DNA from: an uncultured Rudaea sp. | GTDB lineage: Bacteria; Pseudomonadota; Gammaproteobacteria; Xanthomonadales; Rhodanobacteraceae | Assembly: GCA_964658115.1 (NCBI GenBank) | Contig: CAZZYA010000003.1 | Location: 1 to 40,745, forward strand | Direction: 5' to 3' | DNA: 40,745 bases | Part shown: one piece after another, positions 27,127 to 35,935 of the stretch | How the letters are laid out: each line of letters starts with the position of its first letter | Position numbering within the stretch: the stretch's first letter is position 1 | Notes under the pieces: model-generated | Seen by the model: the letters and a program-made list of their open reading frames with translations, nothing else | What the model was told of the DNA's origin: nothing | Databases searched by the model: none | Position numbers and translations under genes: made by a program

Positions 27127-29016
27127 ATGCAGACATGGACGATCGACGCCGCGCGCAATCAGTACGCCATTGCGCATTGGGGCGAAAATTACTTCGACAT
27201 CGGCGCCGACGGCGCGCTCATCGTGCGGCCGCGCGGCGCGGATGGACCTTCGGTGTCGCTTCCGGCCATCGTCAATGCGGCCACCGCGCAAGGATCGCGC
27301 TTGCCGCTGCTGATCCGTTTCGGTGACATCCTGCGCGACCGCTTGTCGCGTTTGCAGGGTGCGTTCGCGCGCGCGATGACCGATTGGGATTACGAAGGCG
27401 GCTATACCGCCGCGTATCCGGTGAAAGTGAATCAGCAGCGCGCCGTGGTGAGCGAACTGGTCGGCGCGGGTACGGACGGCTTCGGCCTCGAAGCCGGATC
27501 GAAACCGGAATTGATGGCCGTGCTCGCGCTCGCCCGACCCGGCAGCGTCATTATCTGCAACGGTTACAAGGATCGCGAATACCTGCGTCTCGCGCTCATC
27601 GGACGTAAACTTGGCCTGCGCGTTTTTATCGTCATCGAAAAACCGTCGGAACTGAAACCCGCGCTGGAAGAAGCGCGCGCACTGGGCGTCGAACCGTTGT
27701 TCGGTGTGCGCATGCGTTTGACCAGTCTCGGCGCGGGCAAATGGCAAAACACCGGCGGCGAAAAATCGAAATTCGGACTCACGCCGCGTCAACTGCTGAC
27801 GCTCATCGACGAACTGAAAGCCGCGAACCTCACGCATTCGCTGAAACTGCTGCACGTGTTCATGGGTTCGCAGATTTCCAACGTGCGCGACATCGCTTCG
27901 GGCATGCGCGAGGCAACGCGTTACTTTGTGGAATTGTGTAAATTGGGACTTCCGATCGAATACGTCGATGTCGGCGGCGGCCTGGGCGTGGATTACGAAG
28001 GCACGCGTTCGCGTTCGGCCTGCTCGATCAATTACGGGCTGGATCAATACGCGGCGACCGTCGTGCAGCCACTCGCCGAGGCGTGCGCGCAGAACGGCCT
28101 GAAACATCCGCACGTGATCAGCGAAACGGGACGCGCGATGGTCGCGCATCACGCGGTGCTGATCGTCAACGTGAGCGATATCGAGCGCGCACCCGTCGGC
28201 GGCGTGCCGAATGTGGACACGAACGAGCCGTCGGTGCTGCATCGTCTGCGCGAGATTCACGACGAAGTCGAAACGCGTTCGGTCATCGAGCTGTATCACG
28301 AAGCGCAACATCAATGGACGGAAGGTCACGCGCTGTTTTCGCTCGGCCAGCTCACGCTGCGTCAGCGCGCGCGGCTGGACGATCTGTATTACGCCATCGT
28401 CAATGCACTGCGCGTGCGCCTGAAACCCGAGGAACGCGCGCATCGGCAAGCGCTTGATGAGCTCAACGAAAAACTCGTCGACAAGTATTTCGTGAATTTC
28501 TCCATCTTCGAATCGATTCCCGACACGTGGGCAATCGATCAGATTTTCCCGATCGTACCGATCGCCGGCCTGGACGAAGTGCCGGATCGCCGCGCGGTGA
28601 TCGCTGACCTGACCTGCGATTCCGATGGCCGCATCGATGCCTACGTGGACGCCGAAGGCGTCGACGTGAGCTTGCCGCTGCATGCGCCGAAAGCGGGCGA
28701 GTCGTATCGACTCGGGATTTTTCTGGTGGGCGCATATCAGGAAGCGCTCGGCGATATCCACAATCTGTTCGGCGATACCGATGCGGTGAACGTGCGTACC
28801 AACGATGGCGGCTTTGCGTTCTCGCATGTGCGTCGCGGTGACACGACCGACGTCATGCTCGATTACGTTGGCTACGATCTGAATGCACTGCGCGAGGCAT
28901 ATCGCGAAAAAATCGCCACGGCGAAATTGGCGGTGACGCAGGTCGAAGCGATCGCGAATGCGCTCGAACAAGGGCTGACGGGCTACACCTACCTCGCCGA
29001 ACACGACGAAGGCTGA
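27127..29016 (+). CDS. speA: Biosynthetic arginine decarboxylase
   Basis: PLP lysine in YPVKVNQ, GLEAGSKPEL, CNGYKD, DVGGGLG, DLTCDSDG, GAYQE.LG..HNLFG. Confidence 0.95.
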   Translation: MQTWTIDAARNQYAIAHWGENYFDIGADGALIVRPRGADGPSVSLPAIVNAATAQGSRLPLLIRFGDILRDRLSRLQGAFARAMTDWDYEGGYTAAYPVKVNQQRAVVSELVGAGTDGFGLEAGSKPELMAVLALARPGSVIICNGYKDREYLRLALIGRKLGLRVFIVIEKPSELKPALEEARALGVEPLFGVRMRLTSLGAGKWQNTGGEKSKFGLTPRQLLTLIDELKAANLTHSLKLLHVFMGSQISNVRDIASGMREATRYFVELCKLGLPIEYVDVGGGLGVDYEGTRSRSACSINYGLDQYAATVVQPLAEACAQNGLKHPHVISETGRAMVAHHAVLIVNVSDIERAPVGGVPNVDTNEPSVLHRLREIHDEVETRSVIELYHEAQHQWTEGHALFSLGQLTLRQRARLDDLYYAIVNALRVRLKPEERAHRQALDELNEKLVDKYFVNFSIFESIPDTWAIDQIFPIVPIAGLDEVPDRRAVIADLTCDSDGRIDAYVDAEGVDVSLPLHAPKAGESYRLGIFLVGAYQEALGDIHNLFGDTDAVNVRTNDGGFAFSHVRRGDTTDVMLDYVGYDLNALREAYREKIATAKLAVTQVEAIANALEQGLTGYTYLAEHDEG

Positions 29017-29021
29017 TTCGA

Positions 29022-29888
29022 ATGAGCGAATTGAAAGCGGGATTCATCGGACTCGGCGCGATGGGCTATGCGATGGCCGGACACTTGCATCGCGCCGGAT
29101 TGCTCGCGGCGGTTTCGAACCGCACGATGGCGAAAGCCGAACAGTTCGCGAAGGAATTCGCTGGCGTTGCCGCGCTCGCGCCAGCGGAACTGGCGGCGCA
29201 CTGCAACGTCGTCGTGATTTGTGTCAGTGCGGATGCGGATGTTATCGGCGTTGTGCAGGAAATCGCGACATCGGCGAAACCGGGAACGATCGTCATCGAT
29301 CATTCGACCGTCTCATCGATGACAGCGAAAAAGGCGAGCGAACTGCTGGAACCCGGAAAGATCGAATTCCTCGACGCGCCCGTTTCCGGCGGTGTCGAAG
29401 GTGCGAAGAACGGCAAATTGTCGGAGATGATTGGTGGCGACGCGCAAACCCTCGCGCGCGCCAAGCCGGTACTCGAAGCGTACGGGGCGCGAATCAGCCA
29501 CATGGGCGAAGTCGGCGCGGGACAGAATACGAAAGCGGTGAACCAGGTACTTGTGGCCGGCATCGCGCAGGCGACCTGCGAAGGTCTCGCGCTCGGCGAG
29601 GCGCTCGGGCTCGATCCCGAGCGTCTGCTGCCCACGCTGATGGCGGGCGCGGCGAATTCGTGGTTTCTCGAAAAGCGCGGCGCGACGATGATGAAGGACC
29701 AATTTTCGGTCGGGTTCAAACTCGCGTTGCTGCACAAGGATCTCGGTATCGTCGACGCACTGGCCAAGGCCGCCGGCACCGATCGCAGCGTGATCGAAAA
29801 ATCGCTGGCGGATTACGCCGCGTTGATGAAGCAAGGTCACGGTGACGACGACATCTCCGGTTTGATTCGTCTGAAACGACGTCGTTGA
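29022..29888 (+). CDS. NAD(P)-dependent beta-hydroxyacid dehydrogenase (3-hydroxyisobutyrate DH / GarR family)
   Basis: GFIGLGAMG, IDHST, DAPVSGG, catalytic K in TKAVNQ, F...L..KDL. Confidence 0.9.
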   Translation: MSELKAGFIGLGAMGYAMAGHLHRAGLLAAVSNRTMAKAEQFAKEFAGVAALAPAELAAHCNVVVICVSADADVIGVVQEIATSAKPGTIVIDHSTVSSMTAKKASELLEPGKIEFLDAPVSGGVEGAKNGKLSEMIGGDAQTLARAKPVLEAYGARISHMGEVGAGQNTKAVNQVLVAGIAQATCEGLALGEALGLDPERLLPTLMAGAANSWFLEKRGATMMKDQFSVGFKLALLHKDLGIVDALAKAAGTDRSVIEKSLADYAALMKQGHGDDDISGLIRLKRRR

Positions 29889-31429
29889 TCCGGCGTATCG
29901 CCATCATTTCTTTGTTCGTCGCCGCGAATGCCGGCGCGACTAACTGGCCACAATTCGGTTTCGACGCGCAACACAGTGCTTTCAACACCGCTGAACGCGG
30001 CTACGCGACGGCCGATGGACAAACGCTGTTCATCAATGGCGCGCCCATGCCGGCGAATGTGGACGCCGCGCCGATCTTTGTGGAAAACGTTTCCACGCCG
30101 GGTGGCGTGCGCGATCTGCTTTTCGGCGTCACCGTAACCGGCGCACTGCTCGCCATCGATGCGTCTGACGGCGCGGTCGTGTGGTCGGCGCAGCCGGCCG
30201 GCGCGGGCACGCTGACGCAAAGCGCGCCGGCGACCGATCTGCAGTTCGTGTACGCCTACGGCTTTGATGGAAAAGTACACAAGTATAGAATGTACGACGG
30301 CGTCGAGACGCTCGGCGGCGGCTGGCCGCAGACGGTAACGCTCAAACCGCAGATCGACAAAGTCGCTGCGGGCCTCACGCTCGCCACGTCGCCCAACGGC
30401 GCGCGGCATCTGTATGTCGTCACGAACAGCTACTTCGACCAGAGCGACTTTCAAGGTCATCTGACGACGATCGATCTCGACACCGGCGCGCAAAATCTTT
30501 TCAACGCGCAGTGCAGCGACTTCACGTCCTATTTCATCGCGAACGGCATCACGCAAGGCCCGGCTCAAAATGACTGCCCGCCGATCCCGAGCGTCCGCGC
30601 AGGCCAGACGGCCAACAGCGGCATTTGGGGTCGTGGTGGCGCCACTTATGACGCGCGAACCGATCGCGTCTACATCGCCACCGGTAACGGCGCGTTCGAT
30701 CCGACCAATGCGCAAACGCTCGGCCGGGATTGGGGCGACAGCGTGCTCGCGCTAAGTGCCGACGGAAGCGCGGCGAACGGGACGCCGCTCGACAGTTACA
30801 CGCCAGCGAGCTACGCCGCATTGCTGCAGAACGATTCGGATTTGGGATCGATGTCGCCGGTCGTCCTGCCGACGCCCGTCGCGAGTACGCGTCCGCATCT
30901 GGGCGCACAAAGCGGCAAGGACGGGTGCATCCGTCTGCTCGATTTCGACAATCTCGGTGGCGGCGGGAGCGCCGGCGCCGTCGGCGGCGAGCTGCAGGCG
31001 ATGCCGTTGCCTGGCGTGTCCGATCATTGCGTCGACGGAGGCAACGTCGGCGAATCCAAATACTCGCCCGCCGTTTGGATCGATCCGGACAGCGGAGCGA
31101 CCTGGCTACAGATTGCGCATCAAAGTGGTTTCGTGGCGTACGAACTCGTCGTGGACGGTGCCGGACAGCCGTCGCTGACGGCGCGATGGTCGACGGCGGC
31201 GAACGGGACCTCGCCGGTCGTGGCGAATGGTCTCGTTTATTACGTCAATTCCGCCGTTCTGCGCGCGTTGGACGCCCGCACGGGTGCGATGGTGTGGACG
31301 GATAACCATCTTGGACGTGTGCATTGGGAAAGTCCGATCGTCGTCAATGGACGTTTATACGTCTTCGACGAATTCGGACACCTGTGGGGCTACCGACTCG
31401 ACGGTATTTTTCGCGACGGTCTCGACTAG
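29885..31429 (+). CDS. Secreted PQQ-like beta-propeller repeat protein with acidic C-terminal tail (DGIFRDGLD)
   Basis: TTG start overlapping the upstream stop; signal peptide; WPQFG.D..H, AIDA.DG.V.W and ALDA.TG...W propeller blades, SP.V.NG. Confidence 0.82.
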   Translation: MIRRIAIISLFVAANAGATNWPQFGFDAQHSAFNTAERGYATADGQTLFINGAPMPANVDAAPIFVENVSTPGGVRDLLFGVTVTGALLAIDASDGAVVWSAQPAGAGTLTQSAPATDLQFVYAYGFDGKVHKYRMYDGVETLGGGWPQTVTLKPQIDKVAAGLTLATSPNGARHLYVVTNSYFDQSDFQGHLTTIDLDTGAQNLFNAQCSDFTSYFIANGITQGPAQNDCPPIPSVRAGQTANSGIWGRGGATYDARTDRVYIATGNGAFDPTNAQTLGRDWGDSVLALSADGSAANGTPLDSYTPASYAALLQNDSDLGSMSPVVLPTPVASTRPHLGAQSGKDGCIRLLDFDNLGGGGSAGAVGGELQAMPLPGVSDHCVDGGNVGESKYSPAVWIDPDSGATWLQIAHQSGFVAYELVVDGAGQPSLTARWSTAANGTSPVVANGLVYYVNSAVLRALDARTGAMVWTDNHLGRVHWESPIVVNGRLYVFDEFGHLWGYRLDGIFRDGLD

Positions 31430-31538
31430 GCACCTGCCATCGGTCGTATTGGTGGCCGCTTTCACACAATGGGGCAAAAAGCGGTGCTAGGCTCACGCAG
31501 CATCGTTCGCACCGTTATTGCAGTCAGGGAGATTCGCC

Positions 31539-33116
31539 ATGCGCGCACGGCTTTTACGTCGTTCCATTCTCGCCGCTTCGATCGTCGGCGCATTCTCTGT
31601 CTCGACGCAGGCGGCCGACTGGCTCCAGTTCGGATACGACCAAGCGCATTCGGGTTTCAACCCTGCGGATCCCGGCGGATACTCCGTCGCCGCGCAGACC
31701 TTCACGATTCACGCGGTTGGCAACAACACGGCACTGAAATCCGATGCCGCGCCGGTATTTCTGAGCGGCGTGACGACGGCTAGTGGCACGAAGGATGTTC
31801 TTTATGTCGACACGACCAACGGAACGATCGTCGCCCTGGATGCCGCTACTGGCACGGTCATATGGTCTCACCAGCCAGCGGGAACACAGACAAGCGAAGG
31901 CATGAGCGGATCACCGGCGATTGATCCGAATCACCAGTTCGTCTACGCCTACGCGCTTGACGGCAAGGTCCACAAATACAAGGTCGGCGATGGCAGCGAG
32001 ATCACCACGACCTGCAACGGTTCGACTGACTACGACTGCTGGCCTGAAGTCTCGACGATAAAACCAACCGTTGAAAAAGGGGCTGCGGCGTTGGCGTTCT
32101 CTACGCCTCCTGGCGGGACGAGCTATCTCTATCACGTTACCAACGGTTACGGCGGCGACGGCGGCGATTATCAAGGCCACGTGACCACCATCAATCTGAC
32201 CACGGCAGCTCAAAACGTGTTCAACGTGATGTGCAGCAATCTGGTCAACATGCATTTCATCAACAACGGCACCCCGAAAAGCAACGACTGCAATATTCTC
32301 GGCGGTCCCGCGCCCGGCCGCGAAGGCCAGATGGGCGGCATCTGGGGTCGTCCCGGCGTGATCTATGACGCGTCGACGAACAAGATCTACGTCGCTACCG
32401 GAAACGGAATCTTTGATGCGGATGTAGCCAACAACTACGAGTGGGGCGACAGCGTGCTCGCACTGAATCCGGACGGCAGCGGTTCCGGTATGGGATTTCC
32501 AATCGACAGTTACACGCCAGCGGAAAACGCAACCCTCTATCGCAACGATACCGATGTGGGCTCCACAGCCCCTGCCGTTCTACCGTCGACGAGTGCTGCT
32601 TTCCCGCACCTAGCTATACAGAGCGGCAAGGACAGTTGCGTGCGTCTGATCAACCTCGACAACATGAGCGGGATGAGCGGTCCTGGGCATGCCGGCGGCG
32701 AGTTGAACGAGGCCACGAGTTGCAGCACGGATGCCATCGGCGGCGACGTTGTCTTTCCGCAGCCGGCTGTTTGGGTAAACCCGGCAGATAACACGACCTG
32801 GGTTTATGTCGTCAACCATGGCAGCAAGATTCAGGCATATCAGCTCGATGTCTCGGGAACGCCGTCGCTCACGAAGAAGTGGTCGGGCGCAGCGGGGCGG
32901 TCGCCGGTCATAGCCGGCCACATTCTTTACTATGTTTCCGGCAGCGCTCTCGTCGCGTTGGACACGTTGACCGGCAGGCAGTTGTGGTCGGGCTCGATCG
33001 GCGCCACGCATTGGCAAAGCCCTATCGTGGTCAATCAGCACGTGTACGTGCCCGACAGTACGGGCACGATTACCGACTTCCACATCGACGGCATTTTCAT
33101 CGACGATTTTGATTGA
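31539..33116 (+). CDS. Secreted PQQ-like beta-propeller repeat protein, tandem paralog, acidic C-terminal tail (DGIFIDDFD)
   Basis: GGGAG RBS; signal peptide ending TQA; WLQFGYD..H, ALDA.TG.VIW, ALD..TG..LW; colinear with the upstream paralog. Confidence 0.85.
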   Translation: MRARLLRRSILAASIVGAFSVSTQAADWLQFGYDQAHSGFNPADPGGYSVAAQTFTIHAVGNNTALKSDAAPVFLSGVTTASGTKDVLYVDTTNGTIVALDAATGTVIWSHQPAGTQTSEGMSGSPAIDPNHQFVYAYALDGKVHKYKVGDGSEITTTCNGSTDYDCWPEVSTIKPTVEKGAAALAFSTPPGGTSYLYHVTNGYGGDGGDYQGHVTTINLTTAAQNVFNVMCSNLVNMHFINNGTPKSNDCNILGGPAPGREGQMGGIWGRPGVIYDASTNKIYVATGNGIFDADVANNYEWGDSVLALNPDGSGSGMGFPIDSYTPAENATLYRNDTDVGSTAPAVLPSTSAAFPHLAIQSGKDSCVRLINLDNMSGMSGPGHAGGELNEATSCSTDAIGGDVVFPQPAVWVNPADNTTWVYVVNHGSKIQAYQLDVSGTPSLTKKWSGAAGRSPVIAGHILYYVSGSALVALDTLTGRQLWSGSIGATHWQSPIVVNQHVYVPDSTGTITDFHIDGIFIDDFD

Positions 33117-33137
33117 TCATCGTTCGGCGGCGTCGAG

Positions 33138-33782
33138 TTACGGCGTCGCCTGCTTCATCGGAATCGCTTTGATGCCTGCGTCGGTCAGCGTTTTCTGCGC
33201 GGCTTCGGTGTCGCTCGCGTTCGCGTAGGGCCCGACCATCACGCGGTTCCATGTTTTGCCGTTGACCGACACGCTCTGCACTTTCGCGACGATGCCGAGC
33301 ATGGCGAGTTTCGCTTTCGCCTCGTCGGCGGTTTTCGAATCGCCGTAGGAACCGGCGAGTAATACGTAGCGCGCATTTGCGTCGGTCGATGGCGGTGGGG
33401 CGGGGGGCGCCGCCGATGGATTTTGCGCCTGCGCGGTGATCTGCTGCTGACGTTGCTGTTCGGCACGCGCCTTCGCTGAGAGTTCGGCGTCCGGAATCAC
33501 CACTTCCATTTCCGGCAGCACGGTGTAGAAGTCGAACGACTTCTTCGGCGGTGCGGGCTTTTTGCCGGCTTCGTCGGCGACGGCTTGCTCGGATTCCTTC
33601 GGCGCGGTCGCTTCCGCGTTCGGTTGCGGCAGATTTTTCTTGCGCAGCATCGGCGCCCAGTCCTTGATCAGCACCGTCGCAGAAATCGCCAGACCGAGCA
33701 GCACGCCAATGCCGAGCCAAACCCACGCCGGCCACGCGGTGCGTTCGCGTTCGCGAAAGGCCTGTTTGGTCTGCTTCGCCAT
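33138..33782 (-). CDS. SPOR-domain cell division protein (FtsN-like)
   Basis: N-terminal TM helix, FDFYTVLP, Q/P-rich linker, SPOR domain (Y.L.AGS, W.RV.VGPY); start overlaps the argS stop (GTG at 33785 is an alternative start). Confidence 0.88.
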   Translation of the reverse strand: MAKQTKQAFRERERTAWPAWVWLGIGVLLGLAISATVLIKDWAPMLRKKNLPQPNAEATAPKESEQAVADEAGKKPAPPKKSFDFYTVLPEMEVVIPDAELSAKARAEQQRQQQITAQAQNPSAAPPAPPPSTDANARYVLLAGSYGDSKTADEAKAKLAMLGIVAKVQSVSVNGKTWNRVMVGPYANASDTEAAQKTLTDAGIKAIPMKQATP

Positions 33783-35467
33783 CACATACTCTCCGGAGCG
33801 GATACGCCGAGCATATCCAGTCCATTTTTCACTACCTGACGCACGGCGACTATCAGCGCCAATCGCGCATCGCGCAGATCGGCGTCGTCCACGAGGAACG
33901 CGTGTGCGTGATAGTACGTGTGCAGAGCGTACGCCAACTCGCGCAAGTATTGCGCGACGAGATGCGGTTCGAGATTGTTCGCCGCAGCTTCGATCACTTC
34001 CGGATAGCGCGCGAGTTCCGACATCAGCGCGCTTTCGTGTTCGCTGTCGAGTCGCGTGAGATGTTTCAGTCCGTTAACGCGGTCCCACGTCAAACCGCGT
34101 TCAGCCGCCTGGCGCAGCACGCTGCACACGCGGGCGTGCGCGTACTGCACGTAATACACGGGATTGTCGTTGCTTTGCGAGCGCGCGAGGTCGATGTCGA
34201 ACACGAGTTGCGAATCGGATTTGCGCGCGACAAGGAAAAAACGTGTCGCATCGCGACCGGCTTCTTCGATCAGATCGCGCAGCGTCACGTAGCTGCCGGC
34301 GCGCTTCGACAATTTCACTTCCTCGCCGCCGCGCATGACCGTGACCATCTGATACAGCATGTAATCCGGATAACCCACTGGAATGCCTGAATCGAGCGCC
34401 TGCAATCCCGCTTTGACGCGGGCGAGACTGCCGTGATGATCCGATCCGAGCACGGTGATCGCGCGCCGATATCCGCGCAGCCATTTGCTGCGGTGGTAAG
34501 CGATGTCGGGCACGAAATAGGTGAACGTGCCGTCGGACTTTCGCATCACGCGGTCTTTATCGTCGCCGTAATCGGTGGTGCGCAACCACAGCGCGCCGCC
34601 TTCTTCGTAGGTATGACCGTGTCCGATAAGTTCGCGCACGGTTTCTTCGACCTTGCCATCGCCGTATAGCGACGACTCGAGGAAGTAGACGTCGAAATCC
34701 ACCCCGAACGCTTTCAGATCGAGGTCCTGCTCGTGACGCAGATACGCCACGGCGAATTCGCGGATCGCTTCGAGATTTTCCGGATCGCGCGCGCCGACCA
34801 CGACATGACCATCCGCGCTGGCGGATTCACCGGCAAGATAGGCCGTTGCAACGTCGGCGATGTAATCGCCACGATAACCATCGACCGGCCACTCCGACGA
34901 TTCGGGCGCAAGTCCGCGCGCGCGCGCTTGTACCGACAGCGCGAGATTGTGGATCTGCACGCCGGCATCGTTGTAGTAAAACTCGCGGCGCACGTCCCAG
35001 CCGCTCGCGGAGAGAAGGCGCGCGATGGAATCGCCGATGGCGGCATTGCGGCCGTGCCCGACGTGCAACGGACCCGTCGGATTGGCCGACACGAACTCCA
35101 CGCCGGCCATCTTGCCCGCGCCATTCTGGTTGCGGCCGTACTCGGCCGTGGTGTCGAACACGCGTGCAATCTCGGCGTGATACGCCTGCGGACTCAGGAA
35201 AAAGTTGATGAAACCTGGGCCGGCGATTTCCACTTTTTGTATTTGTGTACTTTGCGGCAGCGCGGCGACGAGTGCCTCGGCGAGCGCACGCGGATTCTTG
35301 CGTGCGGGTTTGGCTAGCAGCATCGCCGCGTTCGTTGCGAAATCGCCATGTTCCTTCTGCCGCGTACGTTCGATGACGAAAGGCGCGGCGGAATCGGCCG
35401 GCAGCGCGCCCTGTTCCCGCAGGCGATCGATCGCGCCCAGGACGAGTTGGTGCAAAGCTTCTTTCAC
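33782..35467 (-). CDS. argS: Arginine--tRNA ligase
   Basis: [30 protein letters not shown] (HIGH-like), KLSKR (KMSKS-like), YVQYAHAR, C-terminal GVSAPESM. Confidence 0.98.
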   Translation of the reverse strand: MKEALHQLVLGAIDRLREQGALPADSAAPFVIERTRQKEHGDFATNAAMLLAKPARKNPRALAEALVAALPQSTQIQKVEIAGPGFINFFLSPQAYHAEIARVFDTTAEYGRNQNGAGKMAGVEFVSANPTGPLHVGHGRNAAIGDSIARLLSASGWDVRREFYYNDAGVQIHNLALSVQARARGLAPESSEWPVDGYRGDYIADVATAYLAGESASADGHVVVGARDPENLEAIREFAVAYLRHEQDLDLKAFGVDFDVYFLESSLYGDGKVEETVRELIGHGHTYEEGGALWLRTTDYGDDKDRVMRKSDGTFTYFVPDIAYHRSKWLRGYRRAITVLGSDHHGSLARVKAGLQALDSGIPVGYPDYMLYQMVTVMRGGEEVKLSKRAGSYVTLRDLIEEAGRDATRFFLVARKSDSQLVFDIDLARSQSNDNPVYYVQYAHARVCSVLRQAAERGLTWDRVNGLKHLTRLDSEHESALMSELARYPEVIEAAANNLEPHLVAQYLRELAYALHTYYHAHAFLVDDADLRDARLALIVAVRQVVKNGLDMLGVSAPESM

Positions 35468-35592
35468 GACGAAATCCTAAAGATGCGGCGTATTGTAGTC
35501 AGCGCCGTTTTCAATCAGAAGCGACGGCTCTGCTCGTCGCGTATCGTTTCGGAAAACCGCGTTGCAAAGCCAGTTTTCCTACGTTTGCCGCC

Positions 35593-35613
35593 TGTGGATA
35601 ACTTTGTGGGTAG
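35593..35613 (-). promoter_or_regulatory. Tandem DnaA boxes
   Basis: TGTGGATAA (reverse complement TTATCCACA, perfect) at 35593-35601, then 3 bp, then TGTGGGTAG (2 mismatches) at 35605-35613. Confidence 0.75.
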
Positions 35614-35684
35614 AGATGCTTGCCGCGGCGAGAACGCTATGCTAGGACATGACAGATTCGCATTATTTGGCAAACTGCATTTTC

Positions 35685-35697
35685 TAACCATATGATT
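35685..35697 (-). promoter_or_regulatory. Putative IHF binding site
   Basis: The minus strand reads AATCATATGGTTA, one mismatch from WATCAANNNNTTR, inside an AT-rich tract. Confidence 0.55.
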
Positions 35698-35767
35698 TTG
35701 CTGTCTTTCTGCGGTGAAATATAAGGGAAATGAAATTTGCACGGATACATTTCAACAAATGCCGCAT

Positions 35768-35776
35768 TGTGTATAA
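35768..35776 (-). promoter_or_regulatory. DnaA box
   Basis: TGTGTATAA (reverse complement TTATACACA) is a perfect TTWTNCACA, in the same orientation as the box at 35593-35601. Confidence 0.7.
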
Positions 35777-35935
35777 CGCGGCACAGTGTACGCACGAAAC
35801 GGCCTCGTCAAAAAACCGCAATCCGGCGCGGTTATTCTCCATTCCGGCAGTAAACCAGCCTCGTTCAAGGGACGCGTAGCGTGCGGGATGCGCACGGTGC
35901 GCCAGGTGCAGGGACGCACCGACTGCCGGCGTCGT

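Noticed and set aside
26893-29004. Very long antisense ORFs (703 aa opposite speA; also 6686..8437, 9365..10675, 20533..22101, 4860..6143)
   Set aside because: They mirror well-supported genes, have no motifs, and are the expected shadow ORFs of high-GC codon bias.
20716-29016. ggt + speE/speA (+ glnA) as a polyamine gamma-glutamylation pathway, or missing speB/speD as a novel route
   Set aside because: GlnA is a canonical GSI, GGT is exported, and the missing genes can lie elsewhere in the genome; the window cannot support the claim.
35515-35742. 75-aa ORF (and overlapping short ORFs) in the argS upstream gap
   Set aside because: Atypical composition, no RBS or motif; better explained as a non-coding DnaA/IHF element.
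35881-35921. GC-rich alternative hairpins (GTGCG/CGCAC) downstream of the HD-like gene as an ncRNA or terminator
   Set aside because: Short stems are expected at this GC content; no U-tract and no recognisable RNA family.
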